Shown: one piece after another, positions 27,497-41,290 of the stretch
Numbering within the stretch: the first letter of the stretch is position 1
Layout: each line of letters opens with the position of its first letter
Assembly (NCBI RefSeq): GCF_037042905.1
Contig: NC_087249.1
Location: 9,364,001-9,428,000 of the forward strand
From: Lytechinus pictus
Taxonomy: Eukaryota
Length of the DNA: 64,000 nt
Reading direction: 5' to 3'
Made by a program: the position numbers and the translations under genes
Notes under the pieces: model-generated
Database searches by the model: none
Told to the model about the DNA's origin: nothing
Seen by the model: the letters and a program-made list of their open reading frames with translations, nothing else

Positions 27497-27985
27497 CCGG
27501 GGGGGGGGGGGGGTACTCGACCAAAAAAGTAGTAGGTATGTGCCGCGGGCGAGACAAAAAACAGGGGCCTTGGAGCGGGCTTATTGTAAAAAGGAGGGTG
27601 CTCAGAACGAGCTTCGGAACTACAAATGTTTGTAAAAACGGGAGTCCTTGGAACGGGTCGACTGTGTGCGAGTGCGTATGCATCCCTATGGAACGTGCAT
27701 GCAGCTAGCCTGGCGGCACGGGCGCCGGGTGCGCTAGCGCAGAGGCGATGATCGTACAGCGCTCTGCGGCCGCTTTTCACCAAAATTGCGGCTCATTGTA
27801 GCAGATCAATGCAACTGGAACGGCATAACGGAAAATATGCGAAGCTTTGGAGCGGATTTCTTTCTTCTTTTTCTCAATAAGACAAAAATGCTATGCCTTG
27901 GAACGGAAATTTGAGTGTAAAAATGGGGGTCTCCTCCGTGGCACATACCCACTATGCATTATATACTGAGTGCCCCCCCCCCAGG
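27497..27985. mobile_element. GC-rich TIR element with CCGGG-poly-G termini
   Basis: ccggggg..gtactc..ggtatgtgccgcgg / ccgtggcacataccc..gagtgcccccc..ccagg, flanked by the direct repeat tgtgcac. Confidence 0.75.
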
Positions 27986-29866
27986 TGTGCACACTCTATA
28001 AAGTTTTTACTGTTATCTTGAATTTTCGAACGTTAAACTATTGCTTTCACCTGGATGCTATTTATCGAGTCATGATTTTTTTTTTTAAAATCCCCACTAG
28101 TTATACAACAAATATTGTGCATGTAAGGCACATGCATGGGGCTATGAATATATGTAGTTCACTAAATTCAACTTTATGTAATTCAAACAAATAAGGCCAT
28201 TACAAAAACAAAGCAAATCTACCCTATTCTAAGTGCAGTGCAAAGTCCTTATCTCCAGAGTCCCATATACTCATTACGGTGTTGGAATGCTGATGGCAGG
28301 CTACTACTGCACCAAGGACTGAAGAAGCGAACCTCTCTTTTCCCCGCTCCCCCTCGGGGTGTTCTAAGTTTTCTCCATCAATGGGAATCAGAGGTGAAAC
28401 CCAAGCAGCCCCATGAGTGCAGATATCTTCCCCTTTTAACTCTCTTTTTTTCCCTATAAAACACTTTCTCAACCTCCTTAAACGATCTTGTACTCGAGTA
28501 AATCTTCAGTTCTGGGTCCCGTTACATAGAACTTCTTATCAACTACATGTGTATATATACATGATTTGTTAAAAGCTACTGAAATGATGCAATTTCATTG
28601 ATCAAGAGCAAATTATTATCTGTAAAAAAAGTTTCGTGAAACAGGGCTCTGTATGTCATTTGTGTAAAAGAACTACCATACGGTTACTCTTCTGTCACAC
28701 AACATGTTAGATTTACTAAGCGAAGACGACTAAAACGCGCAAACAATTTATTTGTACAGAGAACCGCGCTGCAGGTAGGAGTACAAACAAGATGAAATAA
28801 GGGGTCCATCTGGGGAAAATGGGGTGACTGTTTTGTGATCGGGCTGGGGGAAAATATCTTCCCGCATCTGATTGATGAGTTTGCCGGATCCATTACAGTC
28901 CTTGTGGATACTCCCATGAACGTTATCAATTAACAAGATGCTGCAATATTCCTGCTTGATTTACGATTGCTGGGACTGGCTATTTATGCCTCGGCCCGTA
29001 AAGACTAATGCCTGGATGTTGGTTTCAGATACGCAACTATGTCATCCAAACAGATGAGACATCAATCTCATTGTTTTCATCATCTTGGGAGTCTGCCAAT
29101 AACATTTCCTTTAGTAAACATCAACACCAATTTGAAGTTTATATCATGAACACAGTCTTCGAGTACTTGATATGTTCAATATTTTTTGGATATATTTTCT
29201 GGCTTTTTCCTTCTTTTTTCTTAATATTTATACTTTTGTTTGATTTTGGTTGTTATATTGTTATCATGTCATTCTATTGTAAATATTGTGATGGTTGATG
29301 ATTTATTATAAAAAGATAAAATATAAAAAAAAATTAAAAGAAAACAAGTTATGTTATGAATGATGCACAAAGCTAGTATTATATGACTTTCTAGTATTCA
29401 TGAAAGAGATAGAGATATCCCTTTTCATGAACTCTGTGAATTGTGCTCTCATCATTCAAAGAGAAATTTGAAGGAGGATATATATGAAAACATTAAGTCT
29501 TACAATTTTTACCTTTAAAACACAAAATGAAATATACTTGTTTCACAATATATCTTCATCGCTCGAACATTTCCCCTTTCCCATGGTCTTGGTAAGACTT
29601 TTTTTCCACCAAATTAAAAAAGACAAAATGAAACATGCTCGTTTCAAAATAAAAACCTCATCACTCGAACATGACCCTTTGTTCTCTTCCGGGTGAGACT
29701 TTTTTCCCATCAAATTTGTAACCAGATTTAGAATAAAATCCCATCTGTCCCACCCTTTATCAGCTCCAGAAGATGCCCCTGGTATTCCCTTGAGTAGGAG
29801 TGCATTTAGAGTGAAACGTGAGAGATTGGGGGGAAAAGCATTAATGAATGAATGAATGGGACCTAC

Positions 29867-29986
29867 CCGCTCCTCGAAGCCGATGGTGTCTCCAACTTCC
29901 TTGGCCATCCACACCATGAGATAAGAGAAACCCGCGATCCACAGGATACTGCCGATGAATGTTATGTAGTACCACCTTCTACTCTC
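29867..29986 (-). CDS. SLC24A2: SLC24/NCKX internal exon (TM segment before alpha-2)
   Basis: acag|GAG...CGG|gtaggt, 120 nt, phase 0/0. ESRRWYYITFIGSILWIAGFSYLMVWMAKEVGDTIGFEER matches the NCKX FxGSIxWIAxFSYLMVW motif. Confidence 0.94.
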
Positions 29987-30666
29987 CTGTTGCCAAAAAA
30001 AAAGAGAAGAAAATGGAGAGAATTAGATAATATCAGATTATGTCATAAACATCACTATTAAAATGATTGGGAATTGGACATGTACTGTGTTGAAGAGAAT
30101 TTTTATTGGAGATTAGTGAATACAGCTGACAATCAAGTTTAAGTTGAAGTAAAGCCTTCAGTCCCATGCCAAGTCATCCACGACAAGAAATTTAATAATT
30201 AAATACAATGCATATCACATAAAACAAATTCTACAATCAACAAAATGTGAGAGGTGATTGCATAAAACATTGGCAGATATGGTATACAAATAAGTCATTC
30301 CAGTATACAAAAACATTGTGTAAGGTGTGTATTAAGATTTTTTTTGGTCCCTTTTTCACGAGATATCCAGTAGAACAGGTAATCTATTGATATTACATAA
30401 AATAAAGCACCGGATGCTTTGATATACTGATTTATGTCCGATTATTCATGACCAAAGGGGCATGGTTTCTTCTGGTAGGGTGGAGAGTAAAAAGCTAAAT
30501 GATTTATATCAATCCCATTGGGAGCCATTCTAGGATGCAATAACGAGGACTTGAATTATTCATGGTTTATGATTGCCAAACTAAGGGGATACCCAGAGGG
30601 GATGGAAACAGAAGTGAAGATGGCTAGAGGATGACAAGAGAGAGAGAGAGAAGGGGACATCACAGG

Positions 30667-30912
30667 GGCCCGTATTCTGAAGTCGGGTTTAATTCAAACT
30701 CTGGTTTAAAGTTGTGGTTTAACTATGGATAGCCAATAGTGGTCAATATCTCTCTAACAGTATAATTTCAATGTACCAACTCCTTTTTCTTTCAAATCAT
30801 TTTTAACTGTTTCAGAAGGATAGATAAGTTAGCTTTCTTCACCATTCACGGGCTAGGAAAGAGCACAGTAAACATGAGAGACATCCAATGTCAGGAGAGT
30901 TTTGACATTTTT
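30667..30912. mobile_element. Truncated copy of the 24172 MITE family
   Basis: ggcccgtattctgaagtcgggtttaattcaaactctggtttaaagttgtggtttaactatgga...agagcacagtaaacatgaga. Confidence 0.75.
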
Positions 30913-33900
30913 GGTATGTTGCACTGTCTACTATCTTAGATAAACGTTCACAATACAATGTGTACTATTTTACCAAAAAGTGTACTTGAATAATTGTAAA
31001 AGAGCATTTCCCTCACACATGATTAAAGCATACACATGTGAGCATTTATGCAAACAGGGGGCGCATACCCAGGAGATGTTTAACTTCTTAAAGCTATGCA
31101 TGAATTTAGCTCTACAATATCACTTAGTTGTCACTTTTAAGAAATAATATAGTCCTTTATCTTTCTATAATAAATTACAGATATGTAATTATATATATAT
31201 ATACATAAAGCAGCTTGAAAACAAGAATACTGCACTTGATTGGTCAAAGAGACCACACACTGGCAGATTCCAACGGTTTCAGTGCCTGGGTTCATGGGAA
31301 GGTCACACTTCCCATGCTTGTGGTAATCTCCTCAAATTACCCGCGCCTGTTGTTTTATGAACCTTATCCAGCCAATCAGAACTCTGGATTTCATGCAACT
31401 ACAAAATTTTAGAAATCTCGTCATGTACCTTGGTGGGAAAAGTGTGATCTTGACCCGATTAAAAGGTGCCGCATATCAAGAGTGGCATTGTGAGAAAGTA
31501 CAGAAGTTCAGCTTTATGGTGATATTTATATCATTGAGGCTCAAAATAAAAAGTTTTGCACAATTTGCAAAAGAAAACAGAGGAAGAAAATTCAGTTTTG
31601 AGGCACATTTTCAGGTCAGAAATTTACTTATTTATAAAAATATTGTATATAAAAATAAATGACCAATAAGAAAGAATAACATTTACTCTATCTGATGGTG
31701 CAATGATATTTCATTTAACTAGAGGTTAAAACAGGGAAATTCTTAGAGAAAGAAAATTTCACGAATCACGAGATTTTGCAAGGAGGATTCAGCCACGAGA
31801 TGATTTGGATGAATCTGGCCTTTTTGCTCATTAGCATAGGGACCTGCGGTCTGACTGGTTAGGAAATGAATGTTTGGCAGGTTGTTAGGAGGAAGAGCGA
31901 GACAAAGATCCACCATAAAGTGAGAAATGTGGCACCTGCTTGGTTGGATGTGCCACATGCGATTAACAGTCACCACTTTCCAGCATTCGATGGGTCAGGA
32001 AAAATGGATTTCAGTGCCTTTAAAAGGAAAAGAGGAAATGCAAAGCCTGTATGGGAAAATACAAGTTAAAGATAATTTTATCTTAACAAGTACATCACAG
32101 AAAATTGTTATAAGGTTTAAAATGGACGATAGCCAATGGATTGACAGAGTGTTTTTTGCAAAGAAGGTTAAGAGTACAGGTAATGCTGAAGTTTTCATGA
32201 TATTACAATAGTCAAGAGAGAGAAAAACCCTGCAATCTCTTAACCCTACTTATTATTCGCACAATGACCATTTTGTACTTTGTGAAGATTCTGAGTAGGT
32301 TATTCCGAGAAAAAAAAGAAGGTTGTCCTTCGTTGAGAGAAAAGGGATGAATTCATCGGGTGTCACTCTCCTAGAGAGGCTCGGTAAGATGAAGAAGATT
32401 CTGGTGATGATGATGGATGACACGTTTCTCAGCTAGGAAACCATTTGGATGACATTTTGGGGTGACGCCGCCTCGCATCTTGGCCCCTGCTCCAAAAACG
32501 AGTTGCACTCTGTAATGACGCAGACACTTTGAAGATTGAAGGTGACGTAATCATTACGGAATAAAACAGAGATGGGGCAGGGACATTGAGTTTGATAATG
32601 TGATACTATTGTTCAACAGAAAAAACTGATTATACAAATGATATTTGGTGTTCATTTTCCTCTTGGAGTGGGCTTCTTTTTTGTTGTTGATGGAACAGAA
32701 TGAATGGATAATACATAAATGACTGAATATGACATAGTGGGGGCCTCAAATAGAATCCTGTGATCAAAACAAGAAAAAAAATACATGGGGGGTGGTTTGG
32801 GGCAATTTTGCCCTCAAAATGCTCAAAAGATACCTGGAAAATAAAGAAGCCTGGAAAATCCCCATTCCCTGCAATGTTGAAGCTTATCTAATGTTGCAAA
32901 TTTAGGTTGTATATTGTGAAAAAAAGCCCCCACAAAATATTTTATCCATTTTATTTGCCTGGCTCAAAATTTTCTTTATACATATACCATTTTTATAGAC
33001 AATTGAAAATATATTCCGGTAGTTGGTATAAATCATGATGGCAGTAATCGAAAGCTTCTTAATAATATGTGTGAAAATATTGGAAATATTATCATTCTAC
33101 TTCCTCTCACGTACAAATTTACATGGAAACTGGCTGGGGATAGAAATTTTACTGGAACTGCTTCCAAATATTAGAATAAGTTACTTCTTTTACTCAGACA
33201 ATCACCATCTGTCTTTCTTTTAAAAGGGACTTGGTACATTTCTTTTTTCCAATCCAGAGTTTTAGGATTGGAAATTTCATTTCATACTTTGACGTATTCT
33301 TTTTCTTGTTAGCGCAGTACATAAATAATGATAATAATGATAAACTAATGATAATAAGTATGATAATAATAATGATAATAATAATAACAATGATAATAAC
33401 AATAACAGTTTGACTTTCCTATCTGCACATGACTGAGTTGTGCACTGTTTTGTGAAATATGAGCAAAGTTTTAAAATGTCATAACTTTCTTATTTACATC
33501 CAATTTTTATGAAATTTTCTTCTTTGTGCTAGATTTTTCTCTCCTGATTCAAATCAACTCATTTCTAGGGTGGATTTTAGGTTTCATTTAATGGTAAAAA
33601 CAACCTTCTTTTATCACTGCTCATTATTTTGCAATAATTACAAACCATCTTTAATGTTCTTTGAAAACCCATTACCCGTAAAGTTCTTATGTCACCCACC
33701 AGCCATTAAATTGGTCATCAAAAAATCCTTTAGAGATATGGCCTCAAAGAATTGACAAAGACCTATATAGGTCTATACCTGGAGAAACACATAATTGTTT
33801 CCTGATCGTTCTAGACAGAATCGATTCCAATCTCATCCAATTATTATTTTCTGACGTAGGAACACCCTCGCACGTTGTTTTACGTACGTATAAGAAAGCT

Positions 33901-34728
33901 CATTACTCAACAAGACCGGCCAGTGGGATTAACAAGAGGCAACGAGGTGTGGCACGCAAGAGTATACGGTGGTCCAGATTGGATATACACTAAGGAGTCA
34001 GTTCTAGGTAGAATATAGGAGTTGTTACCCCTCTAGTCCTCCAAACTAGGTGTCACCTATTCGATTGGGGTCATCAATATATGATAACAGTCATCCCAAT
34101 GAATTTATATCTTCACTGGAACTAGTACTACCCATGGGGGGAGGAGGGGGTGTTTCAGAAAAGTTTAAAGTCACACTAAATTCCTACTTGGGTAGGATAC
34201 AGTTCATAATACATCATGGCATTGGTCGATAGGTGTTGAGGGGATGTGAGCTTTCAGTCGATAAGACAATGTTTGTAGTCAGCATCATAAGTTGTTAAAA
34301 AAGAAAGGAATTTTTATAGCAATGTTGGATGAGTGAATAAAACCAACACAAAAATTTCAGTTAATGCAATTATGCATGACCTTTAGTCTATATCCTTCTA
34401 CAAAACTCTGTTATTTTTTATTAATTTCATATTCTCAGGGTACAATTTAAAGGTGCAGTCAATGTTTGACCCAACTGAAGAATCATTTAAAGTGGTAGCA
34501 ACTAAAATATTTTAGTTATTAAACTACTTTAACAGATATACTGCAGACAAGTAGCAAACTATATAACATTATCATTAATGTTACATGTACCAAAACATAA
34601 CAAAAGTTGGATTGATCTATCTTCATTAGATATTGAGTTATCAAACTGATTTTATATTTTGATGCTCTATTTGGTTCTAGGAGATACCATACTTGAGGTA
34701 AGCCCCCAAATAAAGACTAAACAATTAG

Positions 34729-34926
34729 ATTTACCCACATTGTGCTGCACTCAACCCAGGTGAGGTGAATGGATACCCGGCAGGATGGATTCCTTGAATG
34801 CACTGAGCGCTGAAAGGCAGCTCGAGCTAAAGCCGGGGTAGTGTTAATAAGAACAATGGGCCTCAGAATAGATTATTTCTAGTTAGATGGCACTACATAA
34901 ATACCTATTATTATCATTATTATTTA
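34729..34926 (+). mobile_element. 5'-truncated SINE with (ATT)n tail
   Basis: atttacccacattgtgctgcactcaacccaggtgaggt is the exact reverse complement of part of the SINE at 40170-40456. It ends in attattatcattattatt. Confidence 0.8.
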
Positions 34927-35179
34927 TAAATTTGAATCAAAATAAATTCATTCTTACAAATCTACAGAAGATGTAAAGTTATCAGATTGAATCAATTTAT
35001 CACGCTGTTTGTCTGCAGACATATTTCTAGAATTTTTATTTTTCTATCTTGCGATTTGCTTTAATATACTGCACACCCTAAAAGCATGTTAGCCAAATTT
35101 ATTTGAAGAAAAATAAAGTTTAATCTACGGTAGATGTGAACTTGCCATAATGGATTCTGATATATTTCACTCTACCGCT

Positions 35180-35607
35180 TCTATCTTCCAGGTGACATCA
35201 ACATTTGTTGGTCCAATGTACAATTTTATTCACCAAAATCCCCTAATAGAATTAAATTTTATATATAAAAGAAAGATCTAGAGTAGATGTTAAGTAATTA
35301 TATTTGAAATTTGTATTCATGCAACAAACATTTTTATACATACAATGACCTTCGACCTATGACCTCATAAAACCACCAAATCTACACAGATCATCTCGGC
35401 ACCCACATCCATACATAAGCTACATTTGATGTTGTCAATTGGCTCTTTGTTCTATGACCTTTGACCTTTAACCCAGTGGCCCTCAGTTCAGATCAGTCTC
35501 ACTCCAACATGCTTTCATGAAGCAAATTTTGAGTTGATACCTCTTTATTTTTTTTGATGAACCCAAACATTATGGCACCATCTACAGTGGGCAGAGAGCA
35601 TAAAAAT
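35180..35607 (-). mobile_element. Degenerate Helentron/pearl-like remnant
   Basis: tgaccttcgacc / tgacctttgacc motifs as in the 13155 element, ending ggcagagagcataaaaa. Confidence 0.35.
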
Positions 35608-38405
35608 GATCATATGCTCTTTAAGAGTAGTATATATGTATAGTGAAATTTAAAATCAAACCAACTTTATGGCCTATCATAAAGGAATGTGGCTACCCTA
35701 ACACCTACACGTACTTGTACTTCATATTAATAATAAAGTACATTGCTGTTTCTATGGCAACAAACCACAAACAACGTCCCACCCACGGAACTTAGCGTGA
35801 CTGAGCAATATATCCAAGTCGTATCCCTCATTGCATTGTGTGTTTTACACACCATCGTCATTGAATTTGTTAACCTTCAAGGTGTATTCATATCGCAGGA
35901 CACCGCGGCTATTTGCCACAATGCTGCATGGGATCAGGCTACAAATTGCTAAATTGCATTGGCTTTGATTTGGAGAGAAAGCGATGCGGTCCTGTGTTGT
36001 CTGTCGGCATGGTAACTGCATCCACAATGTCCATGCCGCGGAACAATCAACGGTAGCCTTGGCATGGTAGGATAGGCTAAGGTGAAATGAACTTGGATGC
36101 AGTGGTGGTGAGCTTTGATTCCAGGCTTGTTTGGCTTTGTTAATTAAAAGACAATGTCGGCAATGGTGTTCATCTTTGGATGGAATGTAGCCGCGTGAGA
36201 ATTTCACTCCTAACAGAAATCCACCAATAAAATAATAATGACGACAGTGATGATATTTTTTTTAGCTGTAAATTAAATGTTGCTTAAAGAAAAAAGGCAA
36301 TTCATCAAATTTGATTGTGTGTTGTTGTTGCTCTTGAGCTAAGCCCTGTAACGCACATGTATAAGTTAGCAATTAATCATGGGGCTGGTTTTTACAATTG
36401 ATCATACACAATAATCAATGCAATCAATCGTAGAAATGAGGGCAACAATCAAATCCCTAAGCTAAGCTTTATTTTATAGGCTTCTATAATCTTGAAAAGT
36501 TAAAGATTGGTTAAAATTCATCTAAATTAGCTCCTATTTTTGTAAAAGAACTGAGACTGACTTTAATCAGTCACAATCATTTCTTATTATCTCTGAGAGC
36601 TTCCAAATCAATCAATGGTGTTAAATGAAACCTGTTGGATATATATATATATCTTCTTATAGGCTGCAATGGCAAACTAAAATAACACTTATAATTGTGC
36701 TTGCTCATGTATTGCTAATAAGAACTTTCTTAATAACACACAATAATGCAGCTTAATTTTCCTGGCATTTCATGTAGATGTAGCTTCCATCGGTTTATAG
36801 CTATCACCAATCCACCATTGATGTTTAAAAAGAACCTGAAAAACCTGTGGAGACATTTATCCAATTAATTCTGACTCACCTTACGAACATTCAGAAGGAC
36901 CTCTGCTACGTTTATATTTGATATCTCAGAAAACGCCGACTCACTGAGCAGACAATTTAATTTCAAACCAACTGATCAACTTCCCTCCTTCCCACCCCCT
37001 CCCTTCACGTCTAATCCTACACCCCAGACAATATTGTGACAGCCGTTAGAAGGCATCCATGCGATTAAGTCGCAGCGAATCAATCAATCCGTGTTCATTT
37101 TCCCGATTAAGTGCAAGCGTTACATCAGCACATCTCTGGTGTCGTCAGATCACAGATACCGGGGGGTTAGTAAGCGGAGTAATCGCTCCTCTCCCGTCAT
37201 TGTTTGCATCAACTATGGTGTCATCGCCGGAGGGGAGAGCTCATTTCATGTCCATTTCCCCATGTTTTTTAATGTCAAGTGTCGATGCCACAAAAGCATG
37301 TTGATATGGAGGATCGTTAGTGCTCTTTTTTTCTTTCGTTGAGGCCGGTACATGAATGTTCTCAGTTGCACTAACATTCTCAAATTCCACTAGAATCAAT
37401 AAAGTATACTACTTTTTTCTGTCAAACTTAATATATGTAGAATTTGAGGACCTAATCTAAGTACTAGCACTGATAAAAAATAAGTGGACTGAAATACTAG
37501 ATGTAGAATGAATGCTACTATGACTACTTCAGTTATGAGAGTTCTATCACATAGTCGTGATTCTACGACTGCATCCTCACTTGCTACACGTAACACTTGA
37601 AAACAAATATTTGCTCCCTTTGTCTATATACTCGTCTAGCAGCGAGTAAAGAGCTGCATCATCTTTCATTACTTTACCCGTTTTGCCAACTCATCAATAT
37701 TAAGGTCAAAGCTTAGGGAATAACTTTCTGTGACAGCTTCGGCCAGCATTGACAAATGACTGGTGATTATCCTTCATATATTCCCAGAATGCACCAGCTC
37801 TGATTGACCCCCATGATCACTGGGTGTCTAACCAAGGAGATATCACTCTATCTCCTTGGTCTATCTCCTTGATCAATCCAGTTCTAACTGGTTCCAATAC
37901 CTGTGGATCTTCATAGAGTTGAAGACGAAAGAAGAAAAGTATAGCAAGTGTGTGTACACGCTTGAGAGGAAATCAATTTAAAAAAAATCAAAAATATTAT
38001 AGGCCTTTAAATTATTCATTTTTATAAGTGCAATGGACAGAAGAATTCAAAGGAATGAAAGATTCCGTCCATTGTACGAGTAAAAATAAATCATTATTTG
38101 TTTTATATGACACCTACAAACAGACCATTTGACATTCATGAATTTGGATGCAAAAGTGCATGCAGCTGAAGCTGAGCACGCGCGTTCTATTAATTGTCAC
38201 AAATAGTAATACATGCTGAAAACAGGATTACGCGTAGTGAGTGTGCAATGAACAAAATCGTATGGATCATATATTGCACAAATGATGACGATCATGACGT
38301 CATTGTAAAATGGGCTGAATAATCAATATCAAACAACCAATCAAATAACAAGAATCTAGAAAAGATTTCTTATTCTTATAACTCTATAGAAGAAAAAAAA
38401 AACAT

Positions 38406-38828
38406 TGACACTGTCCTCACTACCTTCCTAAAACTAGTTTAACGTGTAATGAGAATGGTCGAAGCGATCTTCCAAACCGGTTCATAATACCACCTCGCGA
38501 TGTAGTTTTCAAGATTGCTTTGCCTTGTTAAATTGGGTTAGCGCAAGTGAGGACACAACCGTTCTTCTGGAGGCGATCTTTGCACATTTTGAGCGCGCTA
38601 CTCCACACGGCAGGTGTAAAATGCCTGTGCTGCGGTTTGAAATTTCACGCAAAACATGTCACCCCACTGACAGCGTTTCCATAGCAACAAGATCGCTTCA
38701 CGTGAAGTGATTTTGAAAACCACTTTCGGGTGATCAAATGGGAACGCTAGCAAAGCGATCTTCCAAATTGGTTTCTTGAACTGGTTTCCATTAAACTAGT
38801 TTTAGAAAGTGTAATGAGAACGGTGTCA
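38406..38828. mobile_element. MITE
   Basis: tgacactgtcctcactaccttcctaaaactagtttaa ... taaactagttttagaaagtgtaatgagaacggtgtca. Confidence 0.75.
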
Positions 38829-39937
38829 TACTCCCTGACATTTTTGTTTCCCATTGTTTTTTAAGTTCTACTTTCTACAGACATTCCCAATATTAATTGA
38901 CTTGCATAACTCCTAATACCTGAGTAATACTTGATGCATTAGAGAAGAGCACTTGGAGACTTCTCATAAAGTAAAAGTTTAAAGCACTACATACATGCTA
39001 ATACTATCATTATTATTGTTTATTATCAGGAAGGAGGTGATAGAAAAGCAAATTTCAAAGGCATTAACAAAGATGACACCCACTCACGTTGCCCATAATG
39101 TTTATATTTATAAGAGAAATATGAAATGCCAATAAAGCCAGGCTAATCACCAGTGGTATATTTCTAGAAGGCGTCATCAAGGCATCACTTGAGAATCTAT
39201 ATAGAATGTTCTGTAATGTTCCTTCCATATTTAGGGTTTAATGACTTCATGTAATACCCCACAAGGACAGGGGATTAGAGCAAATGTGGCACTTTTTTTC
39301 AATGGCATGGTTATCAAAAAGGGGGTCATTCCTTGAGCTGGAGCTAGCTACGTACTAGATCGGAACTGTTAAAGTATTCAATGATTTTCTAGTTCTTCTG
39401 CTTTCAGGAGCCTGTTTCATAAAGACGTAGATAATTTGCCATTATGGTTTTTATCATCGAAACCTCCATCTTTATCAGGTGCTGAGCCCTGTTTTGGCAT
39501 GGTAGTAACCATAATGACAAGGTTAGTTAATACAAGTCATTAAGATACAGGGGCCCCTGGGCAGGGCTGGAATATTTTACACAATCTCGATTCACCACTT
39601 TGAGTCTATCAATTGGTCCTCTCACAAATTCTTACCTTTATTTCAGATCTGAAAAGCATAAAATGATCGATAAGTCCAAATCCAAACCTAGATCTATAAC
39701 TTCCGAGTTCAATCCTTAAATCCACAGACAGAATCAGCTCTCCATTAAAATCATGGGGAAATGTATCTGATACTAAATTAATACATCTGAGGGGGAAAAA
39801 AGGTCATTATACACATAGGGAAAAACATTGTCTATAAATGGTTGGACCAAAAAGGCACACGTCGTATGTGCCCCCCCCCCCCCCCCCATTCCTCATCTGC
39901 CCATCAAAATGATTGTGGTCAAATTGACTGGACTTAC

Positions 39938-40075
39938 CATCCGTCTGACGTCTGGTAGTGTGAAGTAGAGTAGGTATACCAACGGTGCAAGAAGGATGTA
40001 AGTCACACGTTTCCTCCATCCCTGAGGCCAACTGATATCAAGAGGCTCTTCGACTTCCATGTCGGCCATGTCGGG
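39938..40075 (-). CDS. SLC24A2: SLC24/NCKX internal exon (end of cytoplasmic loop)
   Basis: ttgcag|CCC...ATG|gtaagt, 138 nt, phase 0/0. PDMADMEVEEPLDISWPQGWRKRVTYILLAPLVYLLYFTLPDVRRM matches the NCKX PLxxxWP...TLPDVR motif. Upstream exons were not found in the window. Confidence 0.92.
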
Positions 40076-40169
40076 CTGCAATGGGGAATGCAATCACAGA
40101 ATTTTATCAGTCAATGAAATATAATCAATGCATCAGCCATGTCATGCTGCAATAAGGAATAAAAATAAT

Positions 40170-40456
40170 AATAACTACATTTCTAATGTGCACTTATCCA
40201 CTCCATGGAATGCTCAAGGTGCCTACCTGATAATGTTATTATCATCATTACCCCAGCTTTAGCCGCACTACCTTCAAGCGCTCAAACATTTGAGGAATTT
40301 CTTTCTACCGATACCCATTTACCTCACCTGGGTTGAGTGCAGCACAATGTGGGTAAATTTCTTGCTGAAGGAAAACATGTACGCCATGGTTGGGAATCGA
40401 ACCCACGTCCCTCATATTGAAAGACAAGAGTCTTAACCACAAGACCAACATGCCCC
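40170..40456 (-). mobile_element. tRNA-derived SINE, near full length
   Basis: The minus strand reads ggggcatgttggtcttgtggttaagac (A box) ... gggttcgattccc (B box), then the body and a (TTA)-rich tail. Confidence 0.85.
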
Positions 40457-40622
40457 AATCAATCCAAGAATTTAATCACTCAATGAAATACAATCAAATC
40501 TTGAAATACAATGAATGCATAAAGTAATACCAGCCTACTTGCAATATCAAGTTTTTTCATGAATGAGGAAATTAACTCTTTTAATTAATATCCATATATT
40601 TTTATTTATCTTTTACAGCTTA

Positions 40623-41035
40623 AGGCCACCGCACACCTTACGACCCGACTGGTCGGCGACTGGCTTGCGACTGAGAGAGGGGAGATGAATCGCAAGGTAG
40701 TCATAAGCCACGACACCGCACACCTTGCGATCCGATTTGCGACTCACGCATGCGCTTTTTGGCATAACAACAAAGAGAATGCGTTTACTACTGCGTATGC
40801 GCATTGTTTATCACATACGCGTCGTGCAACTCTGCTGTCTGATTGGCTGGAATTTGGATTGAGCTTGCGATCCAGTCATAAGGATTCGACATGTCAAATC
40901 CTTCCGATTTTCCTTGCGACTTGTCTCTGACCGGTCTGCGACTCTGAAGCTGACATGCGCTGTGACGTCACATCTCCCCTCACTCAGTCGCAAGCCAGTC
41001 GGCGACTGGTCGGGTCGTAAGGTGTGCGGTGGCCT
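40623..41035. mobile_element. Harbinger/PIF-like MITE, TSD TTA
   Basis: tta|aggccaccgcacaccttacgacccgac...cttgcgactgag ... ctcagtcgcaag...gtcgggtcgtaaggtgtgcggtggcct|tta, ~53-bp TIRs. Confidence 0.9.
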
Positions 41036-41039
41036 TTAC

Positions 41040-41290
41040 TTATTTTGTTTTTATTATTCTTAATTTACCTTTTCCTCATTATCTTATGTACATGTATATA
41101 AATTTTCATTGCCTAAGTATTCTTGCCTATACACATATTTCTCATGTCAGTTTTTACAAACGTTACTGCTTTTTAATGTTTGAAATATGTAACGAGTCTT
41201 TTAATTGTTGTTACTTTGTATACATGACCGATTCAGCCATTTGGCTGCGACTCATGTTTTTAATAAACCTTGAATTGAATTGAATTGAAT
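41040..41290 (+). mobile_element. Probable LINE 3' UTR end with (TTGAA)n tail
   Basis: Stem-loop cagccatttggctg, then aataaa, then ttgaattgaattgaattgaat. Confidence 0.55.

Noticed and set aside
35845..37342. Moderately GC-rich ORFs or possible conserved non-coding elements
   Set aside because: No recognisable protein motif or splice pattern, and conservation cannot be judged without alignments.
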